A stretch of 64,000 nucleotides of DNA from contig JAHIYU010000075.1 in the NCBI GenBank assembly GCA_018814885.1, forward strand, positions 8,852 through 72,851, written 5' to 3'. This stretch comes from a bacterium (lineage in GTDB: Bacteria; Krumholzibacteriota; Krumholzibacteriia; LZORAL124-64-63). Of this stretch, positions 27,870-37,528 are shown piece by piece. Numbering within the stretch: the first letter of the stretch is position 1; every line of letters begins with the position of its first letter. The notes under the pieces were generated by a model. That model was not told the origin of the DNA. It made no database searches and worked only from the letters and a program-made list of their open reading frames with translations. A program made the translations under genes and the position numbers.

Positions 27870-27924
27870 CCCGGACCACGCCCGGAGCGCTACATCTGAA
27901 GGGGCAACCGGCCCCGGGGGCGAC

Positions 27925-28704
27925 TCAGTCCACGGCCTGTGAATGGAGGAACTGCCGCAGTTGACCCAGCAGGCAGGCGTTGCAGCGTTTCACCGCCTGC
28001 GGCATGTATCTCTCGGCCAGCTGCTTGTCGGGGCGCGCGCTGGCCGGCTGGCCGCGGTCGTCCTCGACCTCGCCGATGCAGACCTCCCGCCACACCACAT
28101 CGCCCACCTGATCGCGCAGGATCATCTCGACCTCCGCTTCCGCCCTTACGTGCAACGGGACCGGCACGATTCCCAGGGCCACCACGCCCAGCACGGCCCC
28201 GCGCTTCAAGCGGGAGGACGTGTCGTCTCCCCAGACGAAGCCCCCGAGCATGCCGATCGCCGGCGGCAAGAAGAAGGAGGCGCCGCTGCGCTCCATGCGG
28301 CAGTGGAAGGAATGAATCACCGCTTCCAGCGTGTACGCGGCCTGCCCCGGCAACGGCGTCAACTCGGCCAGCTGCGTCTGGGTGATGTCCTGCGCCAGGG
28401 CCCGATGGTAGATGTCAGCCACCGGCGGTTCCCAGCTGGCATCGGAGGGAAAGGTGATGCCGGTGAAATGACCCTCTCCGTTGCGCTGCACTGCGGGCCG
28501 GCTGTCCGACACCGAGGTGATGTGCAGACGCGGCAACTCGTCGCCGAGACCGGGATAGACGATCATCTCCGCGGGATAAGGGAAACCGACCTTCTGCTGG
28601 CTGCAGGACGCCAGACAACACAGCGCGGCCGATATCGTCGCCAGCCCCAGCCAGCGCTTGAGGCGCCCGCCGGCGTGAGAATCGTGCATCAGCATCCCTC
28701 GCAA
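27925..28704 (-). CDS. hypothetical lipoprotein
   Basis: Lipobox ALCCLASCSQ. Confidence 0.5.
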   Translation of the reverse strand: MRGMLMHDSHAGGRLKRWLGLATISAALCCLASCSQQKVGFPYPAEMIVYPGLGDELPRLHITSVSDSRPAVQRNGEGHFTGITFPSDASWEPPVADIYHRALAQDITQTQLAELTPLPGQAAYTLEAVIHSFHCRMERSGASFFLPPAIGMLGGFVWGDDTSSRLKRGAVLGVVALGIVPVPLHVRAEAEVEMILRDQVGDVVWREVCIGEVEDDRGQPASARPDKQLAERYMPQAVKRCNACLLGQLRQFLHSQAVD

Positions 28705-28722
28705 GGTTGAACCTCCGTCAAA

Positions 28723-29538
28723 CTACGGCAAGACCTCGTGCAAAGCCAATCCGGGCAGCCAGTTCCACACAGCTGCGGCGCTTTCGCCCCGCACGGCGAG
28801 TTCCAGGTCGCCCCCGCTGCCCCAGTACCAGATCAACTCCCCCCTTGCTGCCGCGCCGTATGTGGTCACAGGACCAGTGGCGACGCCTTCTCCCAAACGC
28901 AGGACGGCGCCGGCGGCGAGGCGTCTGCCCTGCATGGAATCCCGCTTGATGTCCGTGATCGCGTTGCCGAACCGGTCGATCCAGATCACGCGACCTAGTG
29001 CGCCGTCATCCGCGTGATCCTCTTCAGGCAAGACACCCAGGTCTGTCGCGCCACCGGGCGATCCGACCTGGTGCAGGGGCGCGCCCATGGCCAGGTGGGC
29101 CGCGACGACGGTGAAGAGATCGCGCCCGTGGAAGGTGGGAGCGGGCTCCCGACGGCCGCACGTGTATTCCGGCCTGTCCAGCAGGACGACCGCGAGGTCC
29201 CGGGCCTCGGCGAGGCAAGAGAAGAGGCCGTTGCCGGGACCGACGTGATAGCTTCCTCGCGCCCCGGCGGCAACGGCGGGCCGGGCGGTGCCCACGCCCG
29301 GGTCCACGACCACCAGGTGGACCGTGCCCGCGGGGAACCGCGCCGAGATCCTGGCCAGCAGCCAGCCCGCGGCGGCGATGTCATGGGCCGGCACTTCGTG
29401 GGAGACATCGATGAGGGTGGGCCTCTCGCGATCGTGCGGATACCTGGCGCACTCGGACAAGACGACCGCTTTCATCTCGGCCACGTAGGGATCGGCGAGG
29501 CCGAAATCGCTGGTGAGGGTGATCACGGTGCCGCTCAT
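28723..29538 (-). CDS. SAM hydroxide adenosyltransferase family protein (DUF62; fluorinase/chlorinase-like fold)
   Basis: N-terminal MSGTVITLTSDFGLADPYVAEMK and VVVDPGVG motifs. Start at 29538 overlaps the nhaC-like stop (ATGA). The upstream 255 aa of the longer ORF is an alternate-frame artefact. Confidence 0.8.
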   Translation of the reverse strand: MSGTVITLTSDFGLADPYVAEMKAVVLSECARYPHDRERPTLIDVSHEVPAHDIAAAGWLLARISARFPAGTVHLVVVDPGVGTARPAVAAGARGSYHVGPGNGLFSCLAEARDLAVVLLDRPEYTCGRREPAPTFHGRDLFTVVAAHLAMGAPLHQVGSPGGATDLGVLPEEDHADDGALGRVIWIDRFGNAITDIKRDSMQGRRLAAGAVLRLGEGVATGPVTTYGAAARGELIWYWGSGGDLELAVRGESAAAVWNWLPGLALHEVLP

Positions 29539-31133
29539 CGGTCCGCACCGAGCACCGGCGGCGCCCGTCTCCCCCGCCACCGCAGCAGGCCAGCCAGCAA
29601 CGCCGCACCGCCCGCCAGCGAGATCCAAGGCGAGACCCCGAAGCCGGCAGGCAGATAGCCGATACAGACGGCCGCGCCGGCGGCGGCCAACGCGTAAGGC
29701 AACTGGGTACGCACGTGATCCACGTGGTCGGAGCCGGAGGCCATCGAGGACAGGATCGTCGTGTCGGAGATGGGCGAGCAGTGATCGCCGAAGACGGCGC
29801 CGGCCAGCACGGCGCTGGTCGACGACAAGGCGATGACATCGCGCAACTGCGCCGTGACGCCCCCGTCCGCGGGCAGAGCGTCGGCCAGCGGCAGGATGAT
29901 CGGGATCAGGATGGCCATGGTGCCCCAGGAGGTGCCGGTGGAGAAGCTCATGGCCGCGGCCAGCAGGAAGGAGATAGCGGGCAGCAGATGGGGCGACAGC
30001 ACGTCGCGGCTGACGTCGACGAGCCAGGGCCCGGTGCCGAGTCCATCGCAGACCGCACCCAGCGCCCACGCGAGGATCAGGATCACCATGGCGATCAGCA
30101 TCGCCCGCGCGCCGTCCAGCCAGGCGTCGACGCTGCCGCTCAGATCCAGCCGACGCGCGCCGACCGACAACGCGATGGCCACCAGCGATCCGCCGAGCGA
30201 CGACCACATCAGGACCGCCAGGCTGTCCGCCGCATTGAGAATCTCCCGCAGGCTGTCGGCTGCCTCGCCCCGCATCATCAACTCGTGCCTCCCGTGCCAC
30301 CACAGACCGACAACCGTGAGGACGACGACGGTAGCGATGGGAATCGCCGCCAGCAGAGGCGAGGCCGGCCCGGCCTCGTCGGCGACGCGCGCGAGTGCCA
30401 TGGGATCGGCTGCGGGTTGCGCGCCGGGCCGGAGCAGCTCGCCGCCCGCCGCACGCCCCTCCGCCTTGGCCATGGGACCGAAATCACGGCCCGTGCCGGC
30501 CACCAGAAAAACCATCGCCAGGGTGAGGATCGGATAGAAGTTGTAGGGCAGTGAACGTAGGAAGAACAGGTAACCAGATCCCTCCTGCGCCAGGCGCGAC
30601 AACGAATCCTGGATCAGTCCCACCTCGAAGCCGACCCAGGTGGAAATGATGGCGATGGTCGTCACCGGCGCCGCGGTGCTGTCGACCAGGTACGCAAGTT
30701 TCTCCCGGGAAATGTGCAACCTGTCGGTCAGGGGGCGCATGGTATTGCCGACCAGCAGGGTGTTGGCGTAATCGTCGAAGAAGATGGCCAGCCCCATGAC
30801 CGCGGTGACCGTCTGGCCGCTGCGCCGCGAGCGGACGCGCCGCGACAGCGCATCGACGATGCCCTCCATCGCACCGCTGCGCGAGAGGATGCCGACCATG
30901 CCGCCGAGAGTCGTGGAGAAGAGGATGATGGCCGCGTGGGATCTGTCTGCGAGAGCGTTGACCAGGTAGGTGTCGCCTACGCGCTGCAAGGCCGTCAGGG
31001 GATTGCCGCCGGTCAGGACCAGGGCCCCCACCCATACGCCGAGCAGCAGGGAGAGCACGACCTGCCGGGTGATCAGCGCCAGGCCGATGGCGAGCAGGGG
31101 TGGCAGGATGGACAGCCAGCCGTGTTCCATCAC
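29535..31133 (-). CDS. Na+/H+ antiporter NhaC-family transporter
   Basis: 532 aa, polytopic, carrying GDHCSPISDTTILSS, which is characteristic of the NhaC family. Confidence 0.8.
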   Translation of the reverse strand: MMEHGWLSILPPLLAIGLALITRQVVLSLLLGVWVGALVLTGGNPLTALQRVGDTYLVNALADRSHAAIILFSTTLGGMVGILSRSGAMEGIVDALSRRVRSRRSGQTVTAVMGLAIFFDDYANTLLVGNTMRPLTDRLHISREKLAYLVDSTAAPVTTIAIISTWVGFEVGLIQDSLSRLAQEGSGYLFFLRSLPYNFYPILTLAMVFLVAGTGRDFGPMAKAEGRAAGGELLRPGAQPAADPMALARVADEAGPASPLLAAIPIATVVVLTVVGLWWHGRHELMMRGEAADSLREILNAADSLAVLMWSSLGGSLVAIALSVGARRLDLSGSVDAWLDGARAMLIAMVILILAWALGAVCDGLGTGPWLVDVSRDVLSPHLLPAISFLLAAAMSFSTGTSWGTMAILIPIILPLADALPADGGVTAQLRDVIALSSTSAVLAGAVFGDHCSPISDTTILSSMASGSDHVDHVRTQLPYALAAAGAAVCIGYLPAGFGVSPWISLAGGAALLAGLLRWRGRRAPPVLGADR

Positions 31134-31145
31134 GACGCGCCTTTC

Positions 31146-31967
31146 TCAGCGGACCGGATCAAGCAGTTCCTCCCGTATGATCGCGAGCATGGTCGCGTGC
31201 AGCCCCGGGACGGCGGCCAGGATCTGGCTGCCGTCGAGGTACCCGTCGCCCCCGGAGAAATCGCTTACCACGACGCCGGCCTCCCGCGCGACAAGGCTGC
31301 CTGCAGCCAGATCCCAGGGATTGAGGGAGAACTCCCAGTAGCCGTCCAGCCGGCCTGACGCCACGTGGCAGAGATCGATGGCGGCGCTGCCGCCGCGCCG
31401 CACGCCGTGACACCGTCGCAGCAGGAAGGATTTCAACAGTTCGCAGTTGCGTACGACCAGTTCATCGCGGACATACGGGAAGCCCGTGGCGAGCAGCGCC
31501 CGTTCCAGATCCACCGGCTCGCGCGGCGGCAGGGCAAGCCGCGTGCGGCGCCGGGGACGCTCCAGCCAGGCGCCGGCGCTGGCGCCGGCCAGATAGAGCT
31601 CGTCCAGCTCGGGCGCGTAGACGGCTGCGAGATCGATCCCGCCTGCGGACACCCGCCCGAGGGAGACGGCGAAAAAGGGATGGTGATGCACGTAGTTCGT
31701 GGTGCCGTCCAGCGGATCTATCTGCCAGACGCGCCCGCTGGTGCCTTCGCTGACCGCCCCCTCCTCCGCGAGCAATCCGTCGTCGGGAAACTCGCGCGCG
31801 AAGAGATCGACGAGCAACGCCTCGACGCGCTTGTCCAGGTCCGTGACCATGTCCGTGGTCGACTTGTAGGCAATGGATCTCAGGCGGTCCTGCTCGGCCA
31901 TTTGCAGGGCACCCGCCGCCATCGCTATTCCCCGCAAGCGAGCCAACTCGCCGCTATCAGGCTTCAT
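31146..31967 (-). CDS. inositol monophosphatase family protein
   Basis: WQIDPLDGTTNY and WDLAAG motifs. Confidence 0.85.
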   Translation of the reverse strand: MKPDSGELARLRGIAMAAGALQMAEQDRLRSIAYKSTTDMVTDLDKRVEALLVDLFAREFPDDGLLAEEGAVSEGTSGRVWQIDPLDGTTNYVHHHPFFAVSLGRVSAGGIDLAAVYAPELDELYLAGASAGAWLERPRRRTRLALPPREPVDLERALLATGFPYVRDELVVRNCELLKSFLLRRCHGVRRGGSAAIDLCHVASGRLDGYWEFSLNPWDLAAGSLVAREAGVVVSDFSGGDGYLDGSQILAAVPGLHATMLAIIREELLDPVR

Positions 31968-32133
31968 CCGTTCTTTCCCCGTTGATCCAGCCGCACCGCT
32001 TCCGCCGCCAGGGGATGATACGGGCGACCTTGTGGCCGTACAACCGTTAGATGCGCCAGGTGAGGGGTTGACATCGCGCGGGATTCATTTAGCTTCTGCT
32101 TGTTCAACGGGACGGTACCAGAAAGGACGCACC

Positions 32134-32352
32134 ATGGAACATAAGATCAAGGAAATCCTCGACAAGATCCGTCCGGCCCTGCAGGCCGACGGCGGCGACG
32201 TCGAGTTCATCGATTACAACGACGGGATCGTCACGGTCAGGATGCAGGGCGCGTGCGGAAGCTGCCCCATGTCCCTGATGACGCTGAAGCACGGCATCGA
32301 GGCGCGTCTCAAGGAAGAGATACCCGAGATCAAGTCTGTCGAACCCCTATAG
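32134..32352 (+). CDS. NifU-like/Nfu Fe-S cluster carrier domain protein (72 aa)
   Basis: GACGSCPMS CxxC motif; an AAAGGA Shine-Dalgarno sequence precedes the ATG at 32134. Confidence 0.75.
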   Translation: MEHKIKEILDKIRPALQADGGDVEFIDYNDGIVTVRMQGACGSCPMSLMTLKHGIEARLKEEIPEIKSVEPL

Positions 32353-32407
32353 GGGCTGCCGGCCCCACTCGTCACCGGACCCGCTGCAGGCTCTGCGGCG
32401 GGTCTTC

Positions 32408-34156
32408 TTATCCGTCCGGTCCCGGCTCTGCCTTGAAATCCGGTCCCGGTCCCGTTGGCAGGGGATACGCCTCGATGCCCTCGGCCAGGATCGGCGCACC
32501 GGTACGCGAGCGCAGCAGGTTCCGCCAGTAGATCAGCCGGGCGTCGTCGTCGGCGGCGAACATCTCCACCCGCGTCACACCGACCGCGGCGAGCTTCGCG
32601 AACAGATCGTCGGGATCCGCCGCTCCCTGCTCGCAGGCCGCCAGAGCGTGCCGCAGATCACGCGTCCACGGCGGCACCCAGCCCGAGACGCCGCCCGTGA
32701 CCGGTCGGCCCGTCGCGAGGGCCCGCCAAAGCCAGCGCGCCTCGCGCAGGTCCTCGCCGTACACGTCGGGCGGCGCCGGCAAGGTCAGGACGGCCTCCGA
32801 GGAGAGCCGGCGCGGCCGGGCGCGGGTCTGATCCGGCAGGGCTACCACTGGCACGGCGACGGGCGCGGACTCCAGCAACAGGAGGATCAAGGCGGCGGCG
32901 GGCAGGACCCGGGCGCGCAGACCGGACAGACCCGCAAGATACGCCCAGCCGGCGGCCGCCCACCAGGCCACCGCCAGCGTGAAGAGGAAGGAAAAGCGCC
33001 AGACGGTGCGAAAAGCCCGCGCCGGAGGCAGGTTCTGCTGCAACCAGCCCATGGGCAGGATCACGCGGCGGCCGGTGCCCGGGATGCCGACGGAATCCCC
33101 GAAAGCCAGGACCAGACCGGCCACACCCGCGGTCAGCAACAAGTAGCCCCATTCTCGACGTCGCGCCGTCAGGCCGGACCTGGCCGCGAAACCCACGGTG
33201 GCCAGCAGCAGCGCCATCCAGCCGGGGTTCAGCACTTGGCGGGCGACACCCAGATGGCGCTTCGCCGGGTCCTCGCCCCGCCCCACCAAGTCGGCGGGCC
33301 CAGCGCGATAGGCGCCCGTGTTGAGCAGGTGCTGCGCATCGGCGCTGTACCACATCACCTCGCCGGGGTGACGGGTGAAATCCACCTCCCGAGCGGCGGT
33401 CTCCAGGTGGGGCGTGGCCAGGATCCACACGCCGGCCGCCGCCACCACCAGCGGCAGGACAGCCGCCCTGGCCGCCGGGCGCCGGGCCAGGGTCCGGTGA
33501 TGGCGCAATACCCATCCCGCCAGCACGATCCCGGCCGCCAACAATGCATAGGCGAAACCGTACCAGCCCATGGCCGCCTGGGCGATGAGAGCCGCGGACA
33601 TCAGCCACCAGTACCTGGCCGTCGCCGTACCGCGCTCCCATCCGGTCAGCGCGCAGATCAGCGCCGCCAGGACGGCCGGCACGCCCGGCGGCGGCAACTG
33701 GTTGAGATGTCCCAGCTGCGCCAGGGTGTATGGCGAGCCGATCAACAGCATGGCTGCCACGCCTCCCGACCGGGCGTCGCCGCCGGAGGCCTGCCAGAGG
33801 GCGGCGGTCGCCGCGCAGGACAGAACCAGCGCGATCAGGAAGGCGGCGTTGTAGAGCGCGGCGGAAGACATGCCCAGCCCGTGGAGGGGCTCGACGAGGA
33901 TCGCCTGGGCCGTCAGCGGATCCATGAAAGCGATGGCGTTTCCGGCGGGATGGAAGATGGGCAGGTGGCGCCAGATCTCGGGATGCCAGACGTGCCGGGC
34001 GCTCCATTCGAGCAGACTCGCCTGGAACACGGCGTCGAGGCCGCCGAAAGGCCCGAGCACGGCTTCTCCCCAGACGCCAAATACTGGGCGCAGACAGATG
34101 ACAAGGAAAAGCCCGCTGGCGAACCAGGTCCAGGGCAAGCGTCCCCTCGCGCCCAT
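32408..34156 (-). CDS. polytopic membrane protein, GT-C-like (putative lipid-linked glycosyltransferase)
   Basis: More than 12 TM helices and protein-like composition. The overlapping 529-aa ORF (32658..34247) is Arg/Gly/Pro-rich and therefore an alternate-frame artefact. The ATG at 34156 overlaps the upstream stop (TGATG). Confidence 0.55.
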   Translation of the reverse strand: MGARGRLPWTWFASGLFLVICLRPVFGVWGEAVLGPFGGLDAVFQASLLEWSARHVWHPEIWRHLPIFHPAGNAIAFMDPLTAQAILVEPLHGLGMSSAALYNAAFLIALVLSCAATAALWQASGGDARSGGVAAMLLIGSPYTLAQLGHLNQLPPPGVPAVLAALICALTGWERGTATARYWWLMSAALIAQAAMGWYGFAYALLAAGIVLAGWVLRHHRTLARRPAARAAVLPLVVAAAGVWILATPHLETAAREVDFTRHPGEVMWYSADAQHLLNTGAYRAGPADLVGRGEDPAKRHLGVARQVLNPGWMALLLATVGFAARSGLTARRREWGYLLLTAGVAGLVLAFGDSVGIPGTGRRVILPMGWLQQNLPPARAFRTVWRFSFLFTLAVAWWAAAGWAYLAGLSGLRARVLPAAALILLLLESAPVAVPVVALPDQTRARPRRLSSEAVLTLPAPPDVYGEDLREARWLWRALATGRPVTGGVSGWVPPWTRDLRHALAACEQGAADPDDLFAKLAAVGVTRVEMFAADDDARLIYWRNLLRSRTGAPILAEGIEAYPLPTGPGPDFKAEPGPDG

Positions 34157-36198
34157 CAATAACCCAGGCTCTGCAGCTGGCGGCGCAGATCGGCCGAAAG
34201 CCCGACAGAATCGACCCCGGCGGCAGACATGAGTGCGGATCGCGCATCCCACGCTGACAGGCGCGCGTGGGCTGCCGTCAAGATCGCAGCGGCGGCGGCG
34301 GGATCGTCGGCGAGCGGGTGCCGGGCTCCCGGATCCGCGCCCAGGTCGTACCAGGCGGAGCCGACGCCTCCCTCTCCCACCACACCCAGATAGGGCCAGG
34401 CTCGACAGGCGAGCTGCGGTTCACCGTAGAGCATGTTCTCCATGATCGCCGGCGCGTCGCCTTCAGCTTTGCCCTGCCGGGCTGCATCGGTGTCCACGTA
34501 CAGCAGATCATCGGCGCCTTCCAGGCCGGCCGGTGGCGTCCAGGACAGGAAACGGCATACAGACGGCACGAGATCCAGCGCATCGTGGTCGGCGGCGCAC
34601 GTGCTCCCGCCGTCCCTCGCGCCGGGCTGGCGGATCAGCAGGGGGACGCCGGTCACTTCCGGCATCAACGAATGCCCGTGCTCGAAGCCGCCGTGCTCGA
34701 AGAACTCCTCCCCGTGATCCGAGGTGACGATCACCAACGCGGAATCCCAGATCCCGAGCTCGCGCAGGGTCGCCCACAGTTTCGACAGACAGGCGTCGGT
34801 GTACTGGACCTCGCGCCGGTAGAGCGCCCACAACCCGGCACGCACCTCCGCAGACACCCCGGGCAGCGAATCGCGGACACCCGGAAGATGGGCGGCCGGG
34901 AAAACGCCGTCCGTGAACAGGGGATCATCCGGGATCTCCGTGCGCGCCGGCTGCACGCCGCGGCCCGGCGCCGCCGCGGGCGCATTCGCTGGCAGGGAAT
35001 GCCAACGGTACGGGAGGTGCGGATCCATGAGGTGAAGCCACAGGAACAGGGGGGCATCGTCCCGGCGCTGCTTCAGCCAGCGGGCGGCCTTGCCGACGAT
35101 CACGGCGGCGTCGTCGAGATCGAGTCGCGTGTCGGCAAGGTAGGAGAGCTCCCTGGCCAGCACCGAGCGCGCGGCGGGCAGGAGGGGCTCCAGGACGAGG
35201 GCGTGCTCGAATTCGCCGAAGCCACGGTCGAAGCCGTAAGCAGGCATGAGATAGGGATTGGCGGTGAAGGCCGCCGTGCTGTATCCCGCCTCGCTGGCGA
35301 GTTGTGAGAGCGTGCGCACGCCGGTAGGCACCCCCGCGTACTTGGCGACCCCCAACTCTCGCGGGGCGCGCCCGGTCATCAGCGTGGCCATCGCCGGCAG
35401 GGTCCAGCAGCTGGACGACCAGTAATTGGTGTAGAGGATGCCCTCCGCGGCGATGGCGTCCAGGCCGGGGGTCGGCGGCGCGTCGGGCGAGACGGCCGAC
35501 AGGACGTCGCGCCTCAGGGTGTCGATGGTCACCAGGATCAAGTGGGGCCGGTCGCTGTCGGCGATGCCGGCGGCCGCGGCACCCGCGCCGACGAGGCGGG
35601 CGTCTCTGCCCTCCTCGCGCCAGTTGGGCCAGAGGCTGGTGAAGACCGCCATGAAGACCACAGCCAGGAACATGTTGCGCCAGGGGTTCAGCGCCTGTCG
35701 CGAGGCCATCGTCAGGATGGGTTTGGCGAGCAGTACGGAAGCGACGATCATCAATACCATCTGGACGACCAGAGCCGCGCCATGCTCGTGGTCCGACCAC
35801 CAGTCCGGCACCACGTGCTCGCGGAGGACGTAACCGGAGTAGAAGAAGATGAAGAGCCCGAGCGCCGTGGCCACCGACAGGGCGTAGGCGTGGCGCCGGG
35901 GATGTCGCCTGTGTCGGACGAGCAAGTAGAACGGCACGAAGAGCACCGCGGCGACGAGCATGGCCACCCAGCCGTAGAGAGCCACCGTGGGGGCGACCGA
36001 TCTGACGAAGCCTGGACCGCCTTCGGCCATGAGGTCGAACCGCAGCCACTGGCTCAAGCCTTCGACCATGCCGAGCAGACCGGCCATGACGAACGCCCAG
36101 GAGGCCGTCGCCAGCAATCCGCGGATCCAGCGCCACAGTTCGTGCAACATGAACCGGTCATTCCCCTCTATGACGATCGAGCCTCGCCGCCGCCTCAC
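34156..36198 (-). CDS. membrane-anchored sulfatase-fold enzyme (LtaS/EptA-like phosphoethanolamine/phosphoglycerol transferase family)
   Basis: An N-terminal block of 5 TM helices followed by an alkaline-phosphatase-superfamily domain (ILVTIDTLRRD, VTSDHGEEF). Confidence 0.75.
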   Translation of the reverse strand: MRRRRGSIVIEGNDRFMLHELWRWIRGLLATASWAFVMAGLLGMVEGLSQWLRFDLMAEGGPGFVRSVAPTVALYGWVAMLVAAVLFVPFYLLVRHRRHPRRHAYALSVATALGLFIFFYSGYVLREHVVPDWWSDHEHGAALVVQMVLMIVASVLLAKPILTMASRQALNPWRNMFLAVVFMAVFTSLWPNWREEGRDARLVGAGAAAAGIADSDRPHLILVTIDTLRRDVLSAVSPDAPPTPGLDAIAAEGILYTNYWSSSCWTLPAMATLMTGRAPRELGVAKYAGVPTGVRTLSQLASEAGYSTAAFTANPYLMPAYGFDRGFGEFEHALVLEPLLPAARSVLARELSYLADTRLDLDDAAVIVGKAARWLKQRRDDAPLFLWLHLMDPHLPYRWHSLPANAPAAAPGRGVQPARTEIPDDPLFTDGVFPAAHLPGVRDSLPGVSAEVRAGLWALYRREVQYTDACLSKLWATLRELGIWDSALVIVTSDHGEEFFEHGGFEHGHSLMPEVTGVPLLIRQPGARDGGSTCAADHDALDLVPSVCRFLSWTPPAGLEGADDLLYVDTDAARQGKAEGDAPAIMENMLYGEPQLACRAWPYLGVVGEGGVGSAWYDLGADPGARHPLADDPAAAAAILTAAHARLSAWDARSALMSAAGVDSVGLSADLRRQLQSLGY

Positions 36199-36300
36199 AG
36201 TTTCCGGTCAAAAGGGCGGACGGTCAAGCTGCGCTTGCGGCAGCGTGGCGCCGTGGTATCTTCCCGTCTACGATCCGGCACCTCACGCGCAGGAGAGGAC

Positions 36301-37467
36301 ATGCAGACATTCAACGGTATCGACTACTACCGCTTCGAGGAGGGTTTCAACGACGAGGAGCGCGCGGTGCGCGACACCGTGCGCGAATTCGTTTCGCGCC
36401 GCTTCCTGCCTTTGGTGCGCAGGCATCACGAAGCCGGGACGTTCCCCATGGAGCTGGTGCCGGAGATGGCCGAGATGGGTCTGCTCGGGCCTTCGATCCA
36501 CGGCCCGGGCTGCCTGGGCCTTTCGGCGACCATCTACGGCATCATCTGCCAGGAGCTCGAGCGGGGGGACAGCGGACTGCGCAGCTTCGCCTCTGTGCAG
36601 GGCAGCCTCGTGATGTGGCCCATCGCCACCTACGGCAGCGCGGCGCAGAAGAGCAGGTGGTTACCGGAACTGGCCGCCGGCCGCGCCGTCGGCTGTTTCG
36701 GCCTGACCGAGGCCGGTCACGGCAGCGATCCCGGCGGCATGGAGACCACGGCCACCCCGGACGGGGACGGCTGGATCCTCAACGGCGCCAAGATGTGGAT
36801 CACCAACGCGAACCTCGCCGACCTCGCCGTCGTCTGGGCCCGCGGTCCCGACGGCGTGCTCGGTTTCCTGGTCGAGCGCGACTCCGCCGGCTTCCACGCG
36901 GCACCGGTCCGCGGCAAGTTCTCCCTGCGCGCCAGCGACACCGGCGAACTGGCCTTCGACGAGGTGCGCCTGCCGGACGCCTCCCGCCTGCCCGACGCGC
37001 GCGGGTTGCGAGCCCCCCTCTCCTGCCTCAACCAGGCGCGCTACGGCATCGCCTGGGGCGCCGTGGGGGCGGCGGCCGACTGCTACGAGACGGCGCTGCG
37101 CTACGCGCTCGCCCGGGAGCAGTTCTCTCGGCCCCTTGCCTCGTTCCAGCTGGTCCAGCGCAAGCTCGTGCGCATGCTGACGGAGATCACGAAGGCCCAG
37201 GCCCTGGTCCATCAGCTGGGCCGTCTGAAGGACCGCGGCATCGACGAGGTACCGCTGGTGTCGCTGGCCAAGCGCAACAACGTGGCCATGGCACTGGACT
37301 GCGCCCGCACAGCCCGCGACGTGCTGGGCGCGGCCGGCATCACCGACGAGTTCCCCGTCGGCCGCCACATGACGAACCTGGAATCGGTCAAGACCTACGA
37401 AGGGACCCACGACATCCACACCTTGATCGTGGGGGCCGACATCACCGGCCTGTCCGCCTTCCGCTGA
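36301..37467 (+). CDS. gcdH: glutaryl-CoA dehydrogenase
   Basis: 388 aa; the C-terminus KTYEGTHDIHTLIVGADITGLSAF is the GCDH hallmark; an AGGAGAGGA Shine-Dalgarno sequence is present. Confidence 0.85.
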   Translation: MQTFNGIDYYRFEEGFNDEERAVRDTVREFVSRRFLPLVRRHHEAGTFPMELVPEMAEMGLLGPSIHGPGCLGLSATIYGIICQELERGDSGLRSFASVQGSLVMWPIATYGSAAQKSRWLPELAAGRAVGCFGLTEAGHGSDPGGMETTATPDGDGWILNGAKMWITNANLADLAVVWARGPDGVLGFLVERDSAGFHAAPVRGKFSLRASDTGELAFDEVRLPDASRLPDARGLRAPLSCLNQARYGIAWGAVGAAADCYETALRYALAREQFSRPLASFQLVQRKLVRMLTEITKAQALVHQLGRLKDRGIDEVPLVSLAKRNNVAMALDCARTARDVLGAAGITDEFPVGRHMTNLESVKTYEGTHDIHTLIVGADITGLSAFR

Positions 37468-37474
37468 AGCGCAA

Positions 37475-37501
37475 GGCGGCGGATCCCCGCGATCCGCCGC
37501 C
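37475..37501. terminator. bidirectional GC hairpin GGCGGCGGATC-cccgc-GATCCGCCGCC
   Basis: Perfect 11-bp inverted repeat lying between convergent gcdH and nuoN; no clear U-tract follows. Confidence 0.45.
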
Positions 37502-37528
37502 GCACCGGAAAGACCGAGCGTCCGGGTA

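Noticed and set aside
28723-30303. 526-aa ORF as one protein
   Set aside because: The N-terminal half is an alternate frame of nhaC. The DUF62 domain starts at the MSGTVITLTSDFG ATG at 29538, which overlaps the nhaC stop.
32658-34247. 529-aa minus-strand ORF overlapping the 32408..34156 membrane-protein gene in another frame
   Set aside because: The translation is an Arg/Gly/Pro/Ala-rich low-complexity string typical of an off-frame high-GC artefact. The co-located 614-aa frame has clean TM helices and normal composition.
35542-37467. 641-aa plus-strand ORF
   Set aside because: The first 253 aa are antisense to the sulfatase-fold gene and compositionally biased. The acyl-CoA dehydrogenase starts at the ATG at 36301, which has an AGGAGAGGA Shine-Dalgarno sequence.
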